Assembly: GCA_003243195.1 (NCBI GenBank)
Contig: QFQI01000010.1
Coordinates: 13,196-77,195 of the forward strand
Length of the DNA stretch: 64,000 bases
Origin: Sphingomonas taxi
GTDB taxonomy: Bacteria; Pseudomonadota; Alphaproteobacteria; Sphingomonadales; Sphingomonadaceae
Direction of reading: 5' to 3'
This document shows, piece by piece, positions 51,416 through 60,732 of the stretch. How positions within the stretch are numbered: position 1 is the stretch's first letter; each line of letters opens with the position of its first letter. Position numbers and translations under genes: made by a program. The notes beneath the pieces were generated by a model that was not told the DNA's origin, did no database searches, and saw only the letters and a list, made by a program, of their open reading frames with translations.

Positions 51416-52332
51416 CAGGCGACCGCGACCGTGGCGGGGGCGGTGGCCGGCGCGTAGCGGTCGATCATCCAGGCGCAGAAGTCCGCGAACGCCTGCGGAT
51501 CGCGCGCCGCGCTGGTGTGGTGCGGCTGGATTCCGAGATGTTCGGGCGTGAAGCAGAAGGTCACGGTGGTGTCGAACTCCGCCAGCGCCTCCATCTGCCG
51601 GTCGAACCAGTCGATCGCGTCGGGACGGAAGCTGTCGGCCCATGACAAGCCGGTCCGCAGCTTCTTCGTGCCAAGCCGCCGCATCCACGCCACCGCGTCA
51701 TCCAGTCGCGGATCCTGATAATGGAACCACTGCATCAGCCCCATGTCGGCGGCGACCTTCGCATAGCTGTCCAGCGACGGCTTGGGCGTGCCGTCGGCGC
51801 GGATCAGCCCCATGTAGAAATGCCGGTAATAGCTGGACCCTTCCGCCTCGCGATGGCGGGTGGTGGCGCCCCATTCCTGCGGCAGATCGAACAGCGAATA
51901 CCAGAACACGCGCGGCACGCGCCCGATCAGCAGCTCGGCGGTCTTCTCGACCCCGAAGACCTGCACCTCCTCGGCGCCGAACGATCCCACGCCGACCTCG
52001 GTCACCCACACCGGCTTGTCGGTGACCGCCTCGATCTCGGCGATCTTGGCAGGCCATTCGTGGATCGACCACAGGTTCCAGTCGAGCGGGAAGCCGTGCA
52101 CCGCCAGCACGTCCACCACGTCCAGGCACCCGTGCCCCTGCAGCCGCTTCACCCACAGCGGGTCGATGGGTGACATGCCGCCCAGAACGCGCGTGACGTT
52201 GGGGTTGATTGCCGCGATCGCGGCGCCGGCGCGCGACACGGTGTCGGCGAACAGCGACCAGTCGGGATCGACCTCGGGATCCCAATGCGACTTGTTGTTC
52301 GGCTCGTTCCAGATCATCGCGGCTTCGATCAC
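51415..52332 (-). CDS. Glycoside-hydrolase-like TIM-barrel protein (clan GH-A-like NEP / TEVG motifs)
   Basis: 305 aa. IWNEPNN at residues 7-13 and VWVTEVG near residue 140. 4-nt overlap with the methyltransferase gene. No signal peptide. Confidence 0.55.
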   Translation of the reverse strand: MIEAAMIWNEPNNKSHWDPEVDPDWSLFADTVSRAGAAIAAINPNVTRVLGGMSPIDPLWVKRLQGHGCLDVVDVLAVHGFPLDWNLWSIHEWPAKIAEIEAVTDKPVWVTEVGVGSFGAEEVQVFGVEKTAELLIGRVPRVFWYSLFDLPQEWGATTRHREAEGSSYYRHFYMGLIRADGTPKPSLDSYAKVAADMGLMQWFHYQDPRLDDAVAWMRRLGTKKLRTGLSWADSFRPDAIDWFDRQMEALAEFDTTVTFCFTPEHLGIQPHHTSAARDPQAFADFCAWMIDRYAPATAPATVAVA

Positions 52333-53135
52333 GCGCGCATCCCCCCGCTGAATGGATAGACCGCCGCCGGCCCGTGCTCAGCATAAGGCACGTCCGTGAC
52401 ACGGCAGAGATAGACGTCGTTCTGCGGATGCGCCTCGATCACGAAGCCGGCGGCGCGCAGCATCGCCTCCGAACAGGCGCGGTTGGGCGCCCACCAATTG
52501 GTCCAGTCGCCCGCGAACTTCCGCTCGATGAAGTGCATCTTCGGATAGCTGGCATCGTCGAAATAGGCGGGCGGCGTCCAGGTGCCGGGCACGTAGAAGG
52601 GATGGTCCTCCGGCACCTCGCCCACGTCGCGCGATCCCTGCTGCATCGTCTGGAACAGCATCAGATCGCCCGCGACATGCTCGCGGATCAGGTCCAGCGC
52701 CAGCAACGGGTGGCGCAGGTGGTAGAGCACGCCCATGAAGATCACGAGGTCGAAGCGCTCACCGAGCTGCGCGACGTCATAGACCGACAGCTTGCGGAAC
52801 TCGACGCTGTCGCCGAAGCCCAGCGCCGCGCTGGCCAGTCGCGCCTGCGCCAGATAGCGTTCGTCCCAGTCGATGCCGACCACGCGCGCCGAGCCGCGCC
52901 GCTTCATCTCGACCGAATAGAAGCCCGCGTTGCAGCCGATATCCAGCACCGTCCGCCCGGACAGGTCTGCGGGCAGGCAGGCACCGAATTCGGCGAACTT
53001 GTTGGCGGGATAATCCTGGAGGAAATGGTCGGGCGCGGTTTCGACGCCGCCCGGCAGATGGATGTTGTGAAACCACGGCGCGAGCGCTTCCACCTGCTCG
53101 CGCAAGCCCCCGTTGGCCCGCGTGTCGGCCTGCAT
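52329..53135 (-). CDS. SAM-dependent methyltransferase, CmoB/DUF1698-like (TIGR04290-type)
   Basis: ORF 52329..53192 trimmed to ATG 53135 (AAAGGGG RBS; the promoter lies inside the longer ORF). WFHNIHLPGG, VLDIGCNAGFYSVEM, GVLYHLRHP. Confidence 0.75.
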   Translation of the reverse strand: MQADTRANGGLREQVEALAPWFHNIHLPGGVETAPDHFLQDYPANKFAEFGACLPADLSGRTVLDIGCNAGFYSVEMKRRGSARVVGIDWDERYLAQARLASAALGFGDSVEFRKLSVYDVAQLGERFDLVIFMGVLYHLRHPLLALDLIREHVAGDLMLFQTMQQGSRDVGEVPEDHPFYVPGTWTPPAYFDDASYPKMHFIERKFAGDWTNWWAPNRACSEAMLRAAGFVIEAHPQNDVYLCRVTDVPYAEHGPAAVYPFSGGMRA

Positions 53136-53165
53136 CTTGTCCCCTTTACCCGCAATCGTTTCGCC

Positions 53166-53190
53166 AACGATCGGTCCGCGCCTGCGTTCC
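53166..53190 (-). promoter_or_regulatory. Consensus EcfG-type general stress promoter for the methyltransferase operon
   Basis: Minus strand reads GGAAC gcaggcgcggaccgat CGTT, an exact GGAAC-N16-CGTT. The -10 element ends 30 nt upstream of ATG 53135. Confidence 0.5.
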
Positions 53191-53250
53191 ATCTACTTAG
53201 CCTTATTGCCGGACGTGGAACCACCGCGCCTCTCGCGGCTTTGCGGGGTG

Positions 53251-54165
53251 ATGGAGGAACATAGCCGCCGCTGGACCGATGCGATGCGCGCGGAGCGCTT
53301 CGCCGACGCCTGGGCGGTGGAGCAAGCGGTGCTGGAGGCGCGCGACCTCGCCACCCGCGACGATCCGCGCCTGCCCTACCACCAGCGCTGGGTGTGGGAC
53401 GGCCGCCCGTTCTCCGGCCGCGATGTGCTGGTGCGCTGCTATCACGGGCTGGGCGACACCATCCAGTTCGCGCGCTTCCTTCCCACCCTGGCGGCGCGCG
53501 CGCGTTCGGTGACGGTGGAGGCACCGGCGCATTTGCATCCGCTGCTGCATTTCCCCGGCGTGACGCTGGCGGCGTTCGATCAGGCGCATCCGCTGCCATC
53601 GGCGGACTGCGATATTGAGATCACCGAACTGGCCTTTGCACTGCGGCTCGGCCCGCGCGACGTGCCCGCGCGCTACCTGCGCGCCGCCCCCGCCGCGCTG
53701 CCGGCGGGGACGATCGGCCTGTGCTACAAGGCCGGCGACTGGGATACCGCGCGCTGGGTGCCGCCCGCCATGCTCGCACCGGTCGTCGGGGGTCGCCCCG
53801 CGCTGTCGCTGGTTCCCGAGCCGTGCCCGCTGCCGGTGCGCAATCCGGATGGCTGCCCGCTCGACATCGCCGCCACCGCCGCGCTGGTCGCTGGCTGCGC
53901 GCTGGTGGTCACGGTCGACACGATGATCGCGCATCTGGCGGGTGCGCTCGGCCGTCCGACATGGCTGCTGCTGAAGGCCGCGCCCGACTGGCGGTGGGAT
54001 CCGGCACGGCGCGACAGCGGCTGGTATCCGACGATGCGCCTCTACGCGCAATCCACGTCCGGCGACTGGACTTCGGTGATCCGCGCCGTCGCCCACGACC
54101 TGTCCGCACAAGGGGAACACCATGGCCAGCCTGCCCAATCCGTCGGTGCCCGTCTCCTGGGGTGA
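53251..54165 (+). CDS. GT9/GT41-like glycosyltransferase domain protein
   Basis: ORF 53113..54165 trimmed to ATG 53251. VLVRCYHGLGDTIQFARFLP and VVTVDTMIAHLAGALGRPTWLLL..DWRW..WYPTMRLY are typical of the heptosyltransferase-like fold. Confidence 0.65.
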   Translation: MEEHSRRWTDAMRAERFADAWAVEQAVLEARDLATRDDPRLPYHQRWVWDGRPFSGRDVLVRCYHGLGDTIQFARFLPTLAARARSVTVEAPAHLHPLLHFPGVTLAAFDQAHPLPSADCDIEITELAFALRLGPRDVPARYLRAAPAALPAGTIGLCYKAGDWDTARWVPPAMLAPVVGGRPALSLVPEPCPLPVRNPDGCPLDIAATAALVAGCALVVTVDTMIAHLAGALGRPTWLLLKAAPDWRWDPARRDSGWYPTMRLYAQSTSGDWTSVIRAVAHDLSAQGEHHGQPAQSVGARLLG

Positions 54166-54520
54166 GTTGCTCGACAAGATCACCATCCTGGAGATCAAGC
54201 GCGAGCGGATCGCCCGCGCCGAGGCGCGCGCCAATGTCGCGCACGAACATTCGCTGCTGCAACGGATCGGCGCGGGCGTGCTGGCGGTGGACGGGATCGC
54301 GGCGCTGTTCGGCCGGCTGAAGTCGGTCAATCAGGACCTGTGGGACATCGAGGATGCGATCCGCCACCAGGAAGCGGCGCGCGCCTTTGGCGCCGAGTTC
54401 GTGCGGCTCGCACGATCGGTGTATCGCAAGAACGACGAACGCGCGGCGCTGAAGCGCGAGATCAACCTGGCGCTGGAATCGGAACTGATCGAGGAAAAGA
54501 GCTACGCCGGCACCGGATGA
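54122..54520 (+). CDS. DUF6165-like small protein
   Basis: 132 aa. VSWGELLDKITILEIKRERI and NQDLWDIEDAIR. Overlaps the upstream gene by 44 nt, or by 20 nt if it starts at GTG 54146. Confidence 0.6.
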   Translation: MASLPNPSVPVSWGELLDKITILEIKRERIARAEARANVAHEHSLLQRIGAGVLAVDGIAALFGRLKSVNQDLWDIEDAIRHQEAARAFGAEFVRLARSVYRKNDERAALKREINLALESELIEEKSYAGTG

Positions 54521-54532
54521 GGATGGCCGGGC

Positions 54533-55126
54533 CTATGATCGCGGCCGCTCGTTGAGCGCCACCAGCCGCGCGCCGTCACCTTCCAGCTCCAGCGTCGTCA
54601 CCGATCCCGGATCGCATCCCAGCGCGAAGATCCGCTCCAGCCCCAGCCCGAGATAATGCGCCACCACCCCGCGGATGATGTCGCAATGGGTGACGCACAC
54701 CGTCGCCCCCTCCCCCAGCGTCGCGACGAACCCGACCGCGCGGGCGACCGCCTCCGCCATCGTCTCGCCCCCCGGACAGCGCGCGGAGGCGCGTTCGGCA
54801 TTCCAGCGGTGCCAGTCGGGATCCCGCGCCAGCGCGTCAAAGCGCATGCCGGCGAAGCGGCCGAAATCCACCTCGTCCAGCGCCGGCGCGATCGCCACGC
54901 CTCCGCCGGCGACGGCGCGCCCGGCGACGATCGCCGCCGCGGTTTCGCGCGTGCGGGTGCGCGGGCTGCTGTAGATCGCGGTCGTCGCCATGCCGTCCAG
55001 ATGCCGCGCCACCGCCGCCGCCTCCGCGCGGCCGCGCGCGTCGAGCGCGATCGCGGAGCGACCGCTCAGCACATGGCCCACCTCGGCATGGCTGCCGTGC
55101 CGTATCAGAAGAACGCGCCGTTCCAT
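54533..55126 (-). CDS. Histidine phosphatase family protein (phosphoglycerate-mutase-like)
   Basis: ORF 54533..55162 trimmed to ATG 55126. LLIRHGSH (RHG catalytic motif), SSPRTRTRETA, VTHCDIIR. Confidence 0.8.
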   Translation of the reverse strand: MERRVLLIRHGSHAEVGHVLSGRSAIALDARGRAEAAAVARHLDGMATTAIYSSPRTRTRETAAAIVAGRAVAGGGVAIAPALDEVDFGRFAGMRFDALARDPDWHRWNAERASARCPGGETMAEAVARAVGFVATLGEGATVCVTHCDIIRGVVAHYLGLGLERIFALGCDPGSVTTLELEGDGARLVALNERPRS

Positions 55127-55189
55127 CGTCGCCGCATAGAACAGGCGGAGAGATGACACCAAGAAAATTGCATGTCCGTAACGGCTTCC

Positions 55190-55216
55190 GGAACAAAGCT
55201 ATGTAGAAGATGTTCC
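55190..55216. promoter_or_regulatory. Palindrome GGAACA-N15-TGTTCC in a divergent promoter region (reads GGAAC-N16-TGTT on both strands)
   Basis: Read directly: ccGGAACAaagctatgtagaagaTGTTCCag, in the AT-richer spacer between the phosphatase gene (start 55126) and the epimerase operon (start 55301). Confidence 0.3.
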
Positions 55217-55300
55217 AGCCTGTGTAATCAAGCAGCAACGATCGCCCGTGTCATTGATCCAAATCAATCGTCCGGCACGTGCGACGCGGGAGGGACCAGC

Positions 55301-56409
<1,109 letters not shown>

Positions 56410-56413
<4 letters not shown>

Positions 56414-57459
56414 CAGGCGCCGTGCTGGTCACCGGCGGCGCCGGCTTCATCGGATCGAACCTTGCCGACCGGCTGGCCGGCGAAGGTCATGACATCACGG
56501 TCTATGACGTGCTGGCGCGTGCCGGGGTCGAACGCAACCTGACATGGTTGCAGGAACGGCATGGCCCGCGCATCCGCTTCGTCCATGCCGACATCCGCGA
56601 CGCCGCGCGGCTGGCGGACGAAGTGGCGACGGCATCGGCGGTGTTCCATTTCGCCGCGCAGGTGGCGGTCACCACCAGCCTCGACGATCCGGCCGACGAT
56701 TTCACCACCAACATCGCCGGGACGTTCCAGTTGCTGGAGGCGCTGCGCACACGCGCGCCGCATGTGCCGTTGATCTTCGCGTCGACCAACAAGGTCTACG
56801 GCGATCTCTCCGACCTAGATTTCACGCTGGAGGACGGTGCCTATCGCCCGACTGATCCGCATGTCCGCGCCCATGGCATCGGCGAGGGCCGCCCGCTCGA
56901 CTTCCACACGCCCTATGGCGTGTCCAAGGGGGCGGCGGACCAGTATGTGCTCGATTACGCGCGCAGCTTCGGGTTGAAGACCTGCGTGTTCCGGATGAGC
57001 TGCATCTATGGCCAGCGCCAGATGGGCACGGAGGATCAGGGCTGGGTCGCGCATTTCCTGATCCGCGCGCTGAACGGCGAGCCGATCACCTTGTACGGCG
57101 ACGGGCATCAGGTACGCGACGTGCTCGACGTGCGCGACGCGGTGAACGCCTATGTCGCGGCCTGGCGGCGGATCGACAGCGTGGCGGGGCGCGCCTTCAA
57201 TCTCGGCGGGGGGCCGGACAATGCCGTCAGCCTGCGCCACCTGCTGGCGCAGATCGCGACGCTCACCGGGCGTCCGGTCGATGTCAGCTACGCCGACTGG
57301 CGCGCCGGAGACCAGCGCTATTTCGTCGCCGACGCGCGCGCGGCGCAGGCGGCGCTGGCGCTTCCGCCGCGCCGCGACTGGCGCGAGGGCGTGGCCGATC
57401 TGGCCGAATGGCTGCGGCGCGAGCACGCGGCCGAGCGCGCGATCGGCGTCGCCGCGTGA
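56410..57459 (+). CDS. NAD-dependent epimerase (CDP-paratose 2-epimerase-like extended SDR)
   Basis: ATG 56410 overlaps the upstream stop (ATGA). VLVTGGAGFIGSN, YGVSKGAADQY, QMGTEDQGWVAHF. Confidence 0.75.
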
Positions 57460-58541
57460 CGCGACGCCTGTTGATGACCGCCGACGCGATCGGCGGCGTC
57501 TGGCAATATGCGACCGGACTGGCGCACGATCTGGTGCGCGCGGGATGGTCGGTCGACATCGCGCTGCTCGGCCCCGCCGCATCGACGGCGCAGCGCGCGC
57601 AGGCGGCGACAGATGGCGTGACGCTGCTCGACACCGGACTGCCGCTCGACTGGCTGGCGCCCGACGCGGCGGTGGTGGCGACAGCGGCCGTGGCGATCGC
57701 GGATCTCGCCCGCGCGCGCGGTGCCGATCTGGTGCAGCTCAACCAGCCCGCGCTCGCCGTGGCCGACATCGGGGTGCCGGTCGTCGCGGTCGTGCATAGC
57801 TGCGTGGCGAGCTGGTGGGACGCGGTGGAGCAGGGTCCGCTGCCGGCCGATCTGGCGTGGCAGACCGATCTGGTCGCGCGCGGCCTGTCGCGCGCCGATG
57901 CGGTGGTGTGCCCCACCCGCGCCTTCGCCGATACGGTGGCGCGACTGTACGCGCTGCCGCACGCGCCGGTCGCGATCCACAATGGGCGTGCGCCGGCCGG
58001 GCCAGGCGGGCCGATCCACGACTTCGCCTTCACCGCCGGACGGCTGTGGGACCGGGGCAAGAATGTCGCGACGCTCGACCGCGCCGCCGCGCGGCTCGGG
58101 ATCCCGTTCAAGGCGGCGGGCGCACTCGCCGGGCCGAATGGCGAGCGGATCGCGCCGGCCCATCTCCAGACGCTCGGGCAGGTCGGTGATCCGGTCATCG
58201 CCGGCTGCCTGTCCGCGCGCCCGGTCTTCGCCTCCGCCGCGCTGTACGAACCGTTCGGCCTGGCGGTGCTGGAGGCGGCGCTGGCCGGCTGCGCGCTGGT
58301 GCTGTCCGATATCCCGACGTTCCGCGAATTGTGGGACGGGGTCGCCACCTTCGTCCCGGCCACCGACGCGATCGGCTTCGCCGACGCGATCGAGGCCGTG
58401 GCCGGCAATCCGGCGCTGCGCGCCGCGCGCGGCACGCTCGCGCGCGAGCGGGCGCTGGCCTATTCCCCGGATCGCAACGCCGCGGCGATGGTCGCGCTGT
58501 TCGAGCGCGTGTCGGGTGCACACCGACGGGTCGCGGCATGA
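57456..58541 (+). CDS. Glycosyltransferase family 4 (GT-B)
   Basis: GTG 57456 (GTGA overlap) or ATG 57474. The C-terminal EPFGLAVLEAALAGCALV is the GT4 E-x7-E region. Confidence 0.75.
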   Translation: MTRRLLMTADAIGGVWQYATGLAHDLVRAGWSVDIALLGPAASTAQRAQAATDGVTLLDTGLPLDWLAPDAAVVATAAVAIADLARARGADLVQLNQPALAVADIGVPVVAVVHSCVASWWDAVEQGPLPADLAWQTDLVARGLSRADAVVCPTRAFADTVARLYALPHAPVAIHNGRAPAGPGGPIHDFAFTAGRLWDRGKNVATLDRAAARLGIPFKAAGALAGPNGERIAPAHLQTLGQVGDPVIAGCLSARPVFASAALYEPFGLAVLEAALAGCALVLSDIPTFRELWDGVATFVPATDAIGFADAIEAVAGNPALRAARGTLARERALAYSPDRNAAAMVALFERVSGAHRRVAA

Positions 58542-59647
58542 ACATCGTTTATTTCACGCACAGCCTGTCGTCATGCTGGAACCACGGCAACGCGCATTTC
58601 CTGCGCGGCGTCATGTCGGAGCTGATCGCGCGCGGGCACGACGTGCGCGTCCACGAACCCGAAGGGGCGTGGAGCCTCGCCAACCTGCTGGCCGACAATG
58701 GCGAGGCGGGGCTGGATGCCTATCGCGCCCATTACCCCGAATTGTCCTCGCAGACGTTCGCGCCCGATGCCGACGTGGAGGCGCTGGTCGACGGTGCCGA
58801 TCTGGTGATCGTCCACGAATGGAACGACCATGGTCTGGTCGCGCGGCTCGGCGCGCTGCGGCGGCGCGGGGCGCGCTTCACCCTGCTGTTCCACGATACG
58901 CATCACCGCGCGGTCAGCGCGCCCGAGGAGATGCGCGGCTACGATCTGGACGGTTACGACGGCGTGCTGGCGTTCGGCGAGGCGCTGTCGCGCGTCTATC
59001 GCGGCTGGGGCTGGGGCGACCGGGTGTGGACGTGGCACGAGGCGGCCGACACGCGGCGTTTCTTCCCGATCGACGCGGAGGAGCGCGCCGGGCTGGTATG
59101 GATCGGCAACTGGGGCGATGGCGAGCGTACCGCCGAGATCGAACATTATCTGCTCGCCCCCGCGCGCGCCGCCGAACTGCCGCTCGACATCTACGGCGTC
59201 CGCTACCCGGACGCGGGCAAGGCGATGCTCGCCGACTATGGCGCGCGCTATCACGGCTGGGCGCCCAACGCCGCCGCGCCCGCGATCTTCGCGCGCGCGC
59301 TGGCCACCGTCCACGTGCCGCGCCGCTATTACACGACGATCCTGCCCGGCATCCCGACGATCCGCGTGTTCGAGGCGCTGGCATGCGGCCTGCCGCTCGC
59401 CTCGGCACCGTGGGACGATGCGGAAGGATTGTTCCGCCCCGGCCGCGACTTCCTGTTCGCGCATTCGCCGGACGAGATGACGCAGATCCTGACGCACCTG
59501 CGCGACGACGCGAACCTGCGCGCGTCGCTCGCCGCATCGGGGCTGGAGACGATCCGGTCGCGCCACACCTGCGCGCACCGCGTCGACGAACTGCTGGCGA
59601 TACTCGCCTCCCTCTCCCCCCTGCCGCCACGGAGCACCGCCGCGTGA
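58538..59647 (+). CDS. CgeB-like glycosyltransferase (Glyco_trans_1_2-type C-terminus), paralogue 1
   Basis: ATG 58538 (ATGA overlap). MNIVYFTHSLSSCWNHGNAHFLRGV and RVFEALACGLPLASAPW. Confidence 0.65.
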   Translation: MNIVYFTHSLSSCWNHGNAHFLRGVMSELIARGHDVRVHEPEGAWSLANLLADNGEAGLDAYRAHYPELSSQTFAPDADVEALVDGADLVIVHEWNDHGLVARLGALRRRGARFTLLFHDTHHRAVSAPEEMRGYDLDGYDGVLAFGEALSRVYRGWGWGDRVWTWHEAADTRRFFPIDAEERAGLVWIGNWGDGERTAEIEHYLLAPARAAELPLDIYGVRYPDAGKAMLADYGARYHGWAPNAAAPAIFARALATVHVPRRYYTTILPGIPTIRVFEALACGLPLASAPWDDAEGLFRPGRDFLFAHSPDEMTQILTHLRDDANLRASLAASGLETIRSRHTCAHRVDELLAILASLSPLPPRSTAA

Positions 59648-60732
59648 AGATCGCCTTCTACGGATCCAGCCTGCTGTCGTCCTACTGGAACGGTGCGGCG
59701 ACATACTATCGCGGCATCCTGCGCGCGCTGGGCGAGCGCGGCTACGACATCGCCTTCTACGAACCCGACGCGTTCGACCGCCAGCAGCACCGCGACATCG
59801 ATCCGCCCGCCTACGCCAGGGTCGTCGTCTATCCCGCGACGCCCGAGGCGCTGCGCGGGGTGCTGGCGGAGGCCGCCGACGCCGATGTGGTGGTGAAGGC
59901 CAATGGCGTGGGCGTGTTCGACCGCGAGCTGCTGGAGGGCATCATCGCGCACGCGCGGCCAGACGCGCTGAAGATCTTCTGGGACGTGGATGCCGCCGCC
60001 ACGCTGGACGAGATGCGCGCCGACCCCCACCATCCGGTGCGCGCCGCGCTGCCGCACCTCGACATGGTGCTGACCTATGGCGGCGGCGATCCGGTGGTGG
60101 ACGCCTATCGCGCATTCGGCGCGACGCTGTGCGCGCCGGTCTACAACGCGCTCGATCCGCAGACCCATCATCCGGTGCCCGCCGACGATCGCTTCGCCTG
60201 CGATCTCGCGTTCCTGGGCAACCGCCTGCCCGACCGCGAGGCGCGGGTGGAGGAGTTCTTCCTGCGCGCCGCGGCGCTGTTGCCCGGACGGCAGTTCCTG
60301 ATCGGCGGCAACGGGTGGGAGAGCAAGGCGATGCCCGGCAACGTCCGCCACCGTGGCCATGTCTTCACCGCCGAGCACAATGCCTTCAACTGCACGCCCA
60401 AGGCGGTGCTGAACGTCGCGCGCGATTCGATGGCACATATCGGCTTTTCGCCCGCGACGCGCGTGTTCGAGGCGGCGGGCGCGGCGGCGTGCCTCATCAC
60501 CGACGCATGGGAAGGGATCGAACTGTTCCTGACCCCGGACAGCGAAGTGCTGGTCGCGCGCGACGGGCAGGATGTCGCGGACCACCTCGCCGCGCTGACG
60601 CCGGCGCGCGCGCAGGCGATCGGACAGGCGGCGCTGCGCCGCGTGCTGGCCGAACACACCTATGACCTGCGTGGTGCGCAGGTCGACGCGCTGTTCCGGG
60701 CGCATGCCGCGCGGGCGCGGGAGGCGGCGTGA
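59644..60732 (+). CDS. CgeB-like glycosyltransferase, paralogue 2
   Basis: GTG 59644 (GTGA overlap). VKIAFYGSSLLSSYWNGAATYYRGI and RVFEAAGAAACLITDAW. The 1003-aa ORF in the track is a 5' extension. Confidence 0.65.
   Translation: MKIAFYGSSLLSSYWNGAATYYRGILRALGERGYDIAFYEPDAFDRQQHRDIDPPAYARVVVYPATPEALRGVLAEAADADVVVKANGVGVFDRELLEGIIAHARPDALKIFWDVDAAATLDEMRADPHHPVRAALPHLDMVLTYGGGDPVVDAYRAFGATLCAPVYNALDPQTHHPVPADDRFACDLAFLGNRLPDREARVEEFFLRAAALLPGRQFLIGGNGWESKAMPGNVRHRGHVFTAEHNAFNCTPKAVLNVARDSMAHIGFSPATRVFEAAGAAACLITDAWEGIELFLTPDSEVLVARDGQDVADHLAALTPARAQAIGQAALRRVLAEHTYDLRGAQVDALFRAHAARAREAA

Noticed and set aside
57721-60732. 1003-aa ORF, with other 5'-extended ORFs at 7742..11368, 6813..9074, 5093..7069, 55813..57459 and 58331..59647
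   Set aside because: Only the 3' portions carry family motifs. In each case a start codon overlaps the stop of the upstream gene (ATGA/GTGA), and the extension overlaps a well-supported gene in another frame.
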